DNA of 62,319 nucleotides, counting the filler, from Rhabdomonas costata (taxonomy: Eukaryota): assembly GCA_019059605.1 (NCBI GenBank). It is 35 parts of 35 records of this genome, joined end to end, with 100 filler letters (N's around TTAATTAATTAA, not from the genome) between each part and the next. Parts side by side here need not be neighbours in the genome. Positions count along the whole stretch, not along the records: positions 23,191 to 24,873 come from JAHMHO010010709.1; positions 24,974 to 26,655 come from JAHMHO010010710.1; positions 26,756 to 28,438 come from JAHMHO010010711.1; positions 28,539 to 30,222 come from JAHMHO010010712.1; positions 30,323 to 32,001 come from JAHMHO010010713.1; positions 32,102 to 33,784 come from JAHMHO010010714.1; positions 33,885 to 35,567 come from JAHMHO010010715.1; 28 more parts are not named here. The stretch is one strand, 5' to 3'. Positions 23,191 to 34,624 of this stretch are shown here, piece by piece. Numbering within the stretch: the stretch's first letter is position 1; the number at the start of each line of letters is the position of its first letter. A model generated the notes under the pieces. The model was not told the DNA's origin, searched no databases, and worked only from the letters and a program-made list of their open reading frames with translations. A program made the translations under genes and the position numbers.

Positions 23191-23513
23191 GATTGGGATG
23201 TGTTCTGGCCAGAACAACCGACACAGCCTTTGAGAAAGGTACTGGTCTTGTTGTACTTTTTGGGGGTCGTGTTTTTTACGTGGGTTTTTTTTTTTCGTGG
23301 TTTGAGCTTTTCATGCTGGGTTTTGGAAAACTTGGAGGGAAATATTTGGGTCCGGAGGCCCCCTGTCCGCAGCGCAGCGGAAGCTGTGGTAGCATTCACT
23401 GGGGATTCCGAAAAAGAATAGATATGACTGTGGAGTTCAGAAGTGACTAGTGCGCGGTAAGGAGTTCAATTGTGCGAAGCTGTCGGTTGTTCTGGCCAGA
23501 ACACATCCCAATC
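23191..23513. repeat. 33-bp inverted repeat (23191-23223 and 23481-23513) at the contig start
   Basis: gattgggatgtgttctggccagaacaaccgaca and its reverse complement. Confidence 0.85.
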
Positions 23514-24973
23514 GCTGAGTGCTCCTGCTATCTTGCCTACAGCCTTCAGCAGGAAAACCTACTGAGGAGAAGCGCACGTCTTCAGGTGGCATAAAACCGA
23601 TCCAAGGAAAGTGCATGACCAGAAGCAGAGGACCGATACAATCATACCGAAGGCCTCGGGGACCCCCTCCTCCCACCCCAGCACTACAGCGACGGGCATG
23701 AAGTGAGAGGGCAGGACGTGGCCCCGGACCAGCCCTACGTCCTTGATCGCCCATCGCTCGCCAGAGCTGGGGCTCTCGACATAAAGGAAGTCCTGCACAG
23801 GGAAACCCAAAACCCCCACATCCCTCTCACCACGACATTCGTCATTCGGCAGGGAAGGGGGAATAGTACCTTCCTCGCAGCACACCCAAAGAACACAAAC
23901 GTCCACATTGACGACTGAATTTCATGTTTATCTTTCTATTTTGCGCCCTTAAAATGATGTATTCAGCAACTCTTCGTTTTCTTTTTTTATCATGTTTCTT
24001 TTTCTTTACCGTTTTAACAAAAAAATCCTATCACGCCATGCCCTGCCCCGAGCGACTAGAACTGCGTCACTCCCCTCATCTTGTTTGCATTGCGGGCAGG
24101 CACACACCGTGAGCTCCACTAGGTCGAGCGCCGAGGCGAAGGAGCGGTTCGCAGAGGTCGAGAGGTGGAGTCCCATGAGCTGTGAGCCAACCAGACAGGA
24201 TGGCGAAGGAAGCAGAGCACTGGCCGCGAAAAGGACAGACAAACAGGCAGTCCCAATCAAGTCGGATGTGAGCAGGTGAGGAAACACCGCGAGCAAAGAC
24301 AAATGTTCGCTGCGGGGGGGGGATATGCATTTCGCTTGAGAATCAATCGTAACTCCCTCAATAGTAGCATGGTTGCTGCTAGACTACTCAAAACCCCACA
24401 CGGACCCTGCAATCCACCCAAGGTGTGAAGGAAGCTGTTGCCCAAAGTCAAAGAAATGAAGTCCAAGAATGCAACCACTTTTCTTTTCGACTTTTCGACT
24501 AGCAACGTTTTGCAAACTGCCGGAACGCGCTCACTCCCTCGGAACCTGGTGGGAGAGAGGAGGGGGTGGAGAGGAGGCGTTAAACGTTTAGCGACGGCAG
24601 CGGCTGGGAGAACCCGTACAGGAGCATGTAAAAATCACGTTAGACGTCAAACCTTCAAATGCTCAAAATCCCCCAACCCTTTTTTTTATAAAGAATTGGA
24701 GTCTTTTGTCAATAAAATTGGGTGAGCATGACAACACATGTTATTGTGACAAAATTGTGACAATACAGGTATTCCCATTCCAATCATTTTTGGAACATTA
24801 CAGGGTAAAACACCCACACACACACACACACTCTCTCTCTCCCGTAAATATTGTTCGCTTCCCCCAAAACCACNNNNNNNNNNNNNNNNNNNNNNNNNNN
24901 NNNNNNNNNNNNNNNNNTTAATTAATTAANNNNNNNNNNNNNNNNNNNNNNNNNNNNNNNNNNNNNNNNNNNN

Positions 24974-26323
24974 TGTGGGTGTTTACTGGTTTTACCTCAC
25001 CCTGGTTGGCTTCTCGTTCCTCTCGGTGGGCCTCCATGGTTTCGGAGGTGGGGTGTACTGGCCCGTGAACGGCAACGTCTTTGCGATTCTCCGGCTATTT
25101 CGGGTCAGCCAGGTGTTCCCGGGGAGGTTTCTGGGGGTAGCGGCCTTCCTGCGCACCCTGGGCCGAATCTGGGGGCAGATCCTGAGCATCGCCTTCCTGG
25201 GGTTTTTGGTACTGTACGCCTTTGCGGTGGTGGGACTGGTAATGTATGGCGGCCTGAATATGCAGCGCAGCTCCTCCTTTTCCCCGCGGATCAACTTCAG
25301 CCAGTTCGGGTACTCCTTGCTGACCGTGACGGTGATGTCCACAGGTCGGATTTGCGAGCACTGGAGTAGATAGCTGGGTGGGCTTCCGTAGTTTCCGCTT
25401 CGTGCAACGCATCTTTCCTGGAGCACTTCGACAATGGGCCGTTGGTATTGTGCCGTGAGCTGACATGATCCATGCCTGCCCTCCCGTGGCATGGCATCAA
25501 CACATCCCAGCATGCTTGGGCTAATTGTATTAAGCCCCTCTTTCCTTTCCTCCCATTTTCGCCCCACACCCGTCGGACTCTCTCTTTCTTTGCAGGCGAG
25601 AACTGGCCAGGAATCATGAATGACATGATGATGAAAGCGGCCCCGTTCTGCGACCAAGCGTCGGGGAACTGCGGCCACGCGTGGGCCCCGGTGTTTTGCC
25701 TCCTCCTGCAGCTCTTCTTCCCCATCGCCCTCCTGAGCTGCATGTTCGCAGTGGTGGTGTCAACCTTCCAGGTATGTCTGCGTGAAGTCATCCCCTTCTC
25801 ACTTGCGTGTCTCTCTCTCACTGTGTCACCCGATTGCCCCCCCCTCTCATCCCTTTGTAGTTCATTCTGGTTTGCATTCTTTTTGCAGCGTTCGGCGATT
25901 GGTTCACCTAGTGAGGGGATTACATCAAAAATTGCTCTCGCTTATCTGCGGGGTGAACCGGGGATTATGTAATGCCACATGCCAACCGGCAGCGACTGAA
26001 CTAGGATTAGGACTAGGTCTAGTGTTTTTTGTGCCCCATCCCCCCCTTGCTTGCTGGTGGAGTTCCGTCAGTGGGATAACGGAACCTTGGGGTCCCTCCA
26101 TTCCACCTCTCCGCGGAGAGTGGAATTGTTCGTTCAGGACTGAACGCCATGCTGAGTTCTTTGTCCTCCGGTTTGTTCTGCCTAGTTTTCTATTCCGCAG
26201 GACACCCTGCACCGCCGTGAGGAGCTACAAGTGCGCGACGAGTTGATCTCGCGCTTCTCTGCGGAGTGGTCCAGGGTCGACCCCAAGCACACTCTGTTTG
26301 TCAGTATCCCTGGCCTTCTTCAG
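24974..26323 (+). CDS. Four-domain voltage-gated Ca/Na channel, last repeat and start of the C-terminal tail (3 exons)
   Basis: Exons 24974-25344, 25596-25771 and 26201-26323: S4 ILRLFRV, S5 YAFAVVGLVMYG, pore INFSQFGYSLLTV..ST|GENWPGIMNDMM, PFC..GNCG, S6, then FSAEWSRVDP. Confidence 0.9.
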
Positions 26324-28538
26324 GTTGTTCCTCATTCTACCAATTGCGAAGAATACGCCGGAAAAGTTGAATTAGCACACACAGGATAGTTATGACTGCG
26401 TGCAGCGGTACAGCGGAAGCTCTTTCCGCCCATCACTTTGGAAGAGTGTGCATATATTCGATATGAGAGTTTCTTCAGGCGCTGAAGTATGAAGCCTTGT
26501 TGGAGCGGAGCGATGCAAAGACGCGTCTTTTCCGGGGCTTTGCCGAACACCACTGGAATCCTGAAACTCTGAATGTCCCATAATGATATAGCAGGCTACA
26601 CCGTAAACTGAGAGTTTTTAACCACGGCACACCACAGGATGCCGCGAAGGACCACNNNNNNNNNNNNNNNNNNNNNNNNNNNNNNNNNNNNNNNNNNNNT
26701 TAATTAATTAANNNNNNNNNNNNNNNNNNNNNNNNNNNNNNNNNNNNNNNNNNNNGGGTTGTGGGGAACCACCACTCAAGTAATTTTGGGACCCTCCGTG
26801 GTGGTAGCCGTTATCGCCCCCTCCCCCCTTTTCTCTGATGTCTATTGAATCATAAGTACCGCAGAACGCCCCAGCGACGCGGATGAGGGGGGGGCGATGT
26901 TCGTCATCTCTGGACAGAAAAAGCAGCGGAACAGAACGAACAGGCAGAAATCGGGTCCTCCACGAACGACAGTGAATTTCCCAAGAGCTCTTGCGGCACC
27001 ACACAAGTTGAGACCATTCACAGAAGTGTCGGCTCGGAAACAGGAGAGGCCCACTGAGCAGGAAAGCAATGCTAGGGTGATGTACAGATGGGGTCTAACA
27101 ACGGAGGCAGCGTCGAGAAAACAGCGCAGCGGGGAAGCGAGATCAAAACCTGGAGGAGCGAGAGAGTGAGAGAGGGAATGAGAGAGAGATGACACAGAAG
27201 CCCCTCCTCCGCAATAGTCAAGCCTAGCAACGAATGAAAAATAGCACGGAATGCCAGCGGTGGGTGCCGCCTCACCACGGGAGAGAGAGAGACCAAAGGT
27301 TGGCGGAGGGAGGGAAGGAGGGGGTGCTAAAAGGGGCCAACAAGATGAAGCAAAGAAGAGAGGAAAAGCAGAGCTGTACAGAGCTACCGAGAATGAACAT
27401 TCGACCTCTGTCCCAAATGCTTGGCCAAAAACTTAACCACGAAAAGCGCATCCCACCACAGAGTAGAGCGCTTGTGTCGTGTGATGTACCGCCAAGCCTG
27501 CTCCCATTGCAATACAGACTTTTCAAGACTTTTCACAAGAGGCATATGCTTAACCCGTAGGGGCACACACACACCACTCCAACCTGCACCTTGAAGCGGG
27601 CTGCCTTCACCCGAGGACACTGGAACAGCAAAATGATCAGTGACACCACAGAAAATAGAGCAGCAAATCGAGAAATGGACTAACAAAGATACCGGCAAGT
27701 TTCGGGCACGCAAAAGATTGTCCTCGATTCCCCGCAGGCTCCAGAGCAGCGCGCAGAGCAGAGCCAGAGGGAGGTCGAGATAGGAAGCGGGTGCAGAAGA
27801 GAAACCCCGTCATATGATCCAGGAGTTAGATTCGTGACAGCCTTACAGAAGAAGCGGGGCAGCCCGAGAGGTTCCTTGAAAAAAAAAGCGGAAGAAAAAG
27901 GCTCTCTACAATCTCAGAAATAAATGGACGTCGGGGGAAGGGGTTTACTCATAATAAACGGAACATAACAATCCCCAGCGTGGGCATGAAAGAATGCAAG
28001 GCCTACCCTTACATAAAAGCAAATTTGATCAAGACTACCGCTTACAAAGGCAGCCGCATTCTCCGGCCTCCAGATTCTTTTTTTGAAATTGAGGTACAAT
28101 CTACCATAATACAATAATTTGCGATTGTAGTACGACAGGGGTGTATGTGGTCGCCCCCTCACCCTTAAAAAGGCAGAAAATACAACAACAAACAACCCAA
28201 ATGAAGCCGTACCCCAAAAAGCCAGTACGAACACTCTTCGTGCAATTGAAGGCGCACTCTCAGTTCACAAATCAACGCACAACTCAGCAGTCCCCTAAAA
28301 AACCTGCAACACCATCTTCTGGTGACAACCGTTGCGCATGGCCACGGGAGAGCTGGCCTCGCAGTTCCATACTTCACAGACTTCACAGAAGTTCTCCAAA
28401 GGGGCACACATACACAAAACACCAACCACACCCAACACNNNNNNNNNNNNNNNNNNNNNNNNNNNNNNNNNNNNNNNNNNNNTTAATTAATTAANNNNNN
28501 NNNNNNNNNNNNNNNNNNNNNNNNNNNNNNNNNNNNNN

Positions 28539-28797
28539 TGGTTGTGGGAGTCCGAGGGCCCCAGGGTGGCGGTCATAGTGGGGGAGGCTGTCAGGGATGT
28601 GGCCATGGGAGAGTCTTCTGGGGACAGCGGGGGAAGCAGAGGGGCAGGGCCATTCTGGCTGCGGTGGTGGCGCTGGGCGAGGGGGACGCGCTCGGTGATC
28701 CGCGTGTGCACTGGGAGGATGGGTTGCTGGCAGCCGGGGATGTAGCCCCCGTAGCCGGGCATCTCCGCGCAGCCGTGGCCCACTGTGCCGGCCATTA
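28539..28797 (-). CDS. Fragment with a PGYGGYIPG motif (PYG-repeat, FAM166-like ciliary microtubule inner protein motif)
   Basis: Motif MPGYGGYIPG followed by a P/S/T-rich tail. Boundaries are uncertain. Confidence 0.45.
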
Positions 28798-29979
28798 TGA
28801 AGAGCACGGACACACACCACTCACAAACTTACTCTGTGGTGCTGGCCTGAACGCGTAAGACACGCAAAACACAATTCGACGTGCGAAGAGAGAATGGGAA
28901 TCACACGGTACAGAGGTACTGTGGAAGGACAGCAACGGGTGCCGAGCAGGGATCCTAATACTCATGGAAATTCAGTTGAAAACTGCGGCTCGTAAAACGC
29001 CAAAAGAAACCCGCCCCTTTTTGGAGAACCATACCACCCCATATTTTCGAATTGTGTCCCGCAACACAGAATCACACCATTAATATCACCAAACACCTAG
29101 CAGAGCAAAGCAAACGCTAAAGACGCGTTTCAAAACAGCCACCACCCAGGACTATGATCGGTGGGTGGCAGCCCCCCCTCCGACCCTCTTGAAAGAAACT
29201 TGCAGAAGAAAGCTCAGACTGAAGGGACATGCACCTCGACGGCAAAGGGATAGCCTGGCAATACTCACATCGACATCGTTGGAAAGCAAAAAGAATTTCT
29301 TTCAGCTCGTTTTCAGCTGCATGGAAGTTGAAATCCTCCGAGCTCAGACCACCCTGCTAGTCGTGCCAACCGGCGAAAAATGCAGCGTACGACAAAAACA
29401 GAAAGCACTGTAGCCACCAGCCCAGGGCTTAAACGTATAAAATTCACACACATTCACCAACATGCTGCCCGGCCCATAGCGGCAATGTCAGTTTGCCGTA
29501 CTCGAACTGCTGGACCTCTCCTTCAACCTGAAGCACAGTGAGAAAGAAATGGACAGGAAAAGGGGGCAGCATCCATAGTCACAAGACACCATTCAGTCGC
29601 ATCATTATTGTGCGCAGAACAAAGAAGCAAGGAACGGGCCTGTTACCACTCGTGTGAATTCCTTGTCATGGGCAGAAACCTCCTTACAAATCACGTGTGC
29701 ACACATGCCGTAAACGTTGAAGTTGTGGCGACCCACTGTGTACCAAGCCGCAAAACATTGTTGAGTAGAGTGGAGCGGGAATAAAGAAGAAATCGGTGTC
29801 GGCGCAATTGCACTGTGCTCATGTGCCTTTAAAGCCTTGTCCAGCCTTGTTTCTGCTTCACGAGTGGAAGGGAAGGGAAGCGAAAGCCAGCTCAAAGTGT
29901 CAGCAAGCAGGGACCAACCCCGTCCATCCGATTCGATCCTGTCCCCCGCGGCATACTAGCGTGTGAGCAGGTGCAGGCA

Positions 29980-30213
29980 CTAGATGGAGTGGATATCAGC
30001 CGCGGCCTCAGCCATGGCCCTGTCGTAGCACGGCCCGCACAGCTCAAACCTTCGCACAGGCTCGCACCTCACGCACAGCGCCCGGGCACAGCCCGCACAG
30101 CGACTTACACACCGTCCACAGCCCCAAGCTCCACAGGCGTAACATCCCCGCCGCTCCTCCCGCAAGGGGTCCCCACACAGAGAGCACTGCACGGGCCCCA
30201 CAGGAGGAGCCAC
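29980..30213 (-). CDS. C-terminus of a Cys-rich zinc-binding protein (Siva-like spacing)
   Basis: CSLC..CYACGAWGCGRCVSRCAGCARALCVRC..LCGPC, six CxxC pairs, then a TAG stop. Confidence 0.6.
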   Translation of the reverse strand: MAPPVGPVQCSLCGDPLREERRGCYACGAWGCGRCVSRCAGCARALCVRCEPVRRFELCGPCYDRAMAEAAADIHSI

Positions 30214-31477
30214 CCCAACACANNNNNNNNNNNNNNNNNNNNNNNNNNNNNNNNNNNNNNNNNNNNTTAATTAATTAANNNNNNNNNNNNNNNNNNNNNN
30301 NNNNNNNNNNNNNNNNNNNNNNGTGGTGGGTGTGGGTGGGTTGTGTGTGTGTGTGTGTGTCCTTTGGTGAAAGGCCGGGATTTTTTTTCGGACGGTGGTT
30401 CCGCTTTGTTTTGCCGCAGCCATTGTATTTGGCAATAGTGAGAAAAGGAAGGGGAGGGGAAGAGCGGTGGGGATGGGGGTCTAACGGGTTTGGACATGCG
30501 CCGACCACTGTGTGCAAAACCCTTTTCTCTCACCTAGAGGTGTCCTCGCCATGTTCTGCCTGCGTTTATTGGGCGTTTGCTGGTACTTTCTCTGAGTGCC
30601 TATTCTCATCCACCCGCCCCTTGCAGGGATACGCCCAGCAAACGCCGTAGGAGCAGGAGCCGCGACAGCAACTCCTGCAAAACCCGTTGCCAAGCCCACG
30701 GCCCCGGAGAAGGTACGCCCTCTCGTTTGGACCATTTATTCATGGCAGAAGACCCAATACCCCCCCCCCATTTGCATTGCATTTTTTCATGACAAATGCT
30801 TACGGGACACTTAAATGCTCTTGGGATGCAAAATGCGGTTGACATAAATGCATTGTGGGATGCACTTATGCCTAGCATAAATACTAACATAATTTCAACG
30901 CAAATGGTGGTGGGGGTCATTGGGTCCCCGTGAATGACTCTCTCTCTCTCAGCAGGCAGGTTTCATTGCGAGGCTTTGTTGGCTTGGAAAGTCCACAAGC
31001 AGCTGGAAGAAGTTTACCGGAAGCTGTGAATCGCGGGTAGCCATCCTGTGCCAGGCACTCCTCCCATGCACACACTCGCTGTCTAAATGTATGTGTGTGC
31101 CGTGCAGGGACCGAAGTGAGGCGGCTACACCGGTTCACTGGACACACTCGGCTAAGTTTTTGTGTTTGTCTCTCTCCCTTTTTCTCACCACGCCTCCAAA
31201 GCTCTGCCTGCTTGCCGCCAGCTATCTTCACTCCCTCTTCCTCAGCGGCACCCTGGTTCCTCATGCTTCCGATGCACCTCTGTCTCCTGATTTAAAGCTC
31301 TTTCGTTGTCTCCTCACGCTCTCATGGCATCCTTCTCTATTTCCTCGCGCACACCTCTTGGCGTAGCCTCCGCACTGCCCCACGGCTCCTCCACTGACCC
31401 TGTCCATATCACCAGGAATTCTGTCTTTCCCCCTTCCCCCCACACCCTCGCTCCCTTTTTTTTTGGCTGAGCGGCGC

Positions 31478-31731
31478 CTCTTTGGACGTGCAGCTCGAGT
31501 CTCTCATCAGTGCTATGCAGCTGGTCTGGGCCCACAGTGGTGAACCCCCGCCAGTCCACCGGCCGCCCCGGGTCCCCTGGAAAGTACAGCTGCGCGACCA
31601 GAAGCCTGAACTTGGGGTGGAAGACCAGAACATGGATGTGCCTCGGGCCCCATGGGGGGAGGTCTGGGACCGCCTTGCTGCCGAAATACGCCCGGAGGCT
31701 GCCATAGGTTCCGGGTTGCTGCGTCAGGAAC
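31478..31731 (-). CDS. Exon of an intradiol ring-cleavage dioxygenase (protocatechuate 3,4-dioxygenase-like)
   Basis: FLTQQPGTY...WGPRHIHVLVFHPKFRLLVAQLYFPGDP contains the PGxY, HIH and QLYFPGDP motifs. The acceptor is cag and the donor is probably GC. Confidence 0.85.
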
Positions 31732-34107
31732 CTGTTGTGGTGGTTGCGCTTTATTTCATGAGGGTTTCTCCTTAAACTCCTTACGCTACTTACACAACAA
31801 ACACATGTGCATCGGTCCGTCGAAAAGGGGTCCGCAAAGCCGAGAGCAGAAAATCTAAGGCACCGGGGAGAGTTACCAGGGAGTACTCCAGCACCATACC
31901 CCCACATAAGTCAAGCATAATACGGTCGTTAAACGCTACTGCTGACGAGGAGAGCAAACACGATAGTCCCTAATAACCCACACCCCAAACACACCCACCA
32001 CNNNNNNNNNNNNNNNNNNNNNNNNNNNNNNNNNNNNNNNNNNNNTTAATTAATTAANNNNNNNNNNNNNNNNNNNNNNNNNNNNNNNNNNNNNNNNNNN
32101 NCACGACCGCGCGCCGACGCTGCCTCTTCTTCATTCTCAGGTTGTGCGCGTTCCCACCCACGCCCTGTGCCTCATCTCGCGCTTCCATCGGGAAGGGTGC
32201 AGCAGCAGCAGCAGCAGCAGCAGCAGCACAAACCCCTCAAAACACACACCAGTCAAAGTCCCGCTCTCGTTTTCCCGCACTGGAGACGTGGAATGGCGCA
32301 GAGGTGGCAATCCGGGGAAGTGCCTCGGGAGAAGGAGGTACTGGCGAGAGAGCCTCTTCAAGAACGGACATCTGCAAGAGCATTGCCAAAGGCCAAGCGT
32401 CTGCCGAAACGTCGACCCAAAAATTCAAATGGCTTTAGAAAGCGTCATACAGCGACAGATGGTGTCAGTTGTCGTCTGATGGCACGTCGGCAGACACCCC
32501 TTTCGTTGAATGCACGAGAAGTGTGCGAACATGCACATGTCTTTTCACACAGTTCAGTTAAAAGCAACTTTGGAGAGGAAAAATCTGCCCTCTCATCACA
32601 AAAGGGTGAACAGGATCCCCCCGTGAACTGCAAACTTGCGGCCAACGTGTAGTTGTCTCCATCTCTTTGACATCCAGTTCGCGAGCGGCCGGGAGGGATT
32701 TCAGCAGTACTCTTTATTTCTTTGTTTGTGACTTTATCTCAGAAGGGCGACGAAGTGTTTCCAGGGGATTGTAATACAAAAGGAATAACATTTATTTTTA
32801 GGTGTGAAGGTCATTGCGGCTGTGGAATCCCTCCGCAGACAAAATGATTCCTGGGGGGGGGGGCAATAGTACAAGAAAAAGAAAAAAGAGAAAGAAAAAA
32901 CCCCGGGAAGGTTACCTTCAAATTCGTCTGGGGAGTCACCGGAAACATTTCCTTGCTTGAGCAAATTGCATGAACCAACAAAAGTTCAAAGAAGGCAGTG
33001 CCTGCAATTGTGAAATTGCTTGGCAGCAAAACGTTCCACAAACTGCCACCGCTCAGCAAGGCAGACAGGAAATGAGGAGGACGAGCTGAAGGGACGTCTT
33101 TGTCCAGGATTTTTGAACACATTTTATAACGCTGTTCCAAGACGACGAAATATGGGTTGGTTCTTGGGGCCATTTTTAAGTGATTTTCGACCATAAACTC
33201 AAACCCCTGCAATATCAAAACACGATAAATTACCTTCAGTCACGTAAATAAGTCAATTCACGTAAATCACGGTAAAATGCCTCGGAGCCGCCAACACCAG
33301 AAAATCAGACGCTTTTGGAGGCCTTGGCATCCCAACGAGGGCTCCAAGATTATCACATGCGGCTGCTAAGATGTTCACTTGTTCGGAGGGTAGTGTGCTC
33401 AAGAGGTGATGTACCTGTATTGTAATTGCTCAATTCGACTAACCATAAATTGCGAAGAGCCGACTGGTGTGCCAAAGATAGTCAACCCGTGGTCCTAGGA
33501 AGTCACATCCCCGAAGGATGTGGGTTCTTGAGATTCGGTCCCCAAAGGCATCATACTGCAGGGTGATCTTCAAGCCGATGCTTTCCGAAGAGGTGCGCTG
33601 CCGTGAGAACGCTCTCTGACCCTGCGCACGTAGCACCCACCATCTGGACAACACTGGCCGACAGCTTTCGCAAGCTTGGCTCTCAGTTCCAGGGAGAGTT
33701 TTCGTCCTCGTCCTCCTCCCACATTGCGGAGGGGGCGGCACCGCTCTAAGCGGTGCTTGAACTGTGAGCCTGGACCCAACCAACNNNNNNNNNNNNNNNN
33801 NNNNNNNNNNNNNNNNNNNNNNNNNNNNTTAATTAATTAANNNNNNNNNNNNNNNNNNNNNNNNNNNNNNNNNNNNNNNNNNNNTGTGGTTGGGAAACTT
33901 CAACCTCAATTCCCAACGCTGAGGACTGGAGCTCATGGGAATTGAGGTTGAAGTTTCCCAAGAACCGCCGCCCAGCAGCAGAGGAGTCAGGCAACTGGAG
34001 AATATTCAATAGCACTGGAGGCTGAAAAGGCCTCCGCCAAAAGCAATGGTGTGCCTTGTGCACAGAGTGTGAGAGAGGGGAGTGCGGTCGTTTCTCCCCT
34101 GTTTCAG

Positions 34108-34624
34108 GAGATGGCAGCCTGGCGGCGGGGTTCGTGTACGGCCTGACCCGCCCTCTGGCGGGCAAGGCCCATGTTCCTGCAGCCTTCCTGGGTCCTGCCC
34201 TGGCGAATGCCGAGAGGTTGCCTACCCTGGCGCCAAGCCTTGGCGGTCGCCCCGTTACCTTGGCCCAACTGGCGGCGCTCATCGTGTCCGGCCACGCCAT
34301 TGGTTGTGCTTTTTTGGAGGGGAGAGAGACTTCAACCTGATCATTCGCACACATCTTCCTACTAAGCGAAATGGATGTATTGGGAGGACTTGAGCAACAA
34401 CCCTCTGGAAAACAGTTTTCAGCGCTTATGCTAAGATTTAGTTTTCTAAGCTCTGCGGGGTTGGGCAGATGGCGAGGATGGTGTATGCTTATTTTTTTTT
34501 GGCAATTGCTCCAACGAAAAACAGGTGGTGTGCATGGCCGCCACGAGGTTTCTGGGCGGGGCTTGGGCGGGAGGGTCATCGTGGGCTCTCCCAACAGCTC
34601 CAGTCTTCCCGTGTGGTACCCGAA
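34108..34624 (+). CDS. Possible heme peroxidase (peroxidase-catalase superfamily), proximal-His region (2 exons)
   Basis: Exons 34108-34302 and 34525-34624 join in phase: VTLAQLAALIVSGHAI|GGVHGRHEVSG, resembling ExVALIxGGHTxGxxH. Confidence 0.4.

Noticed and set aside
34108-34150. GDGSLAAGFVYGL as a PfkB kinase signature
   Set aside because: The spacing does not fit GAGDxFxAG, and the downstream sequence fits a peroxidase-like motif better.
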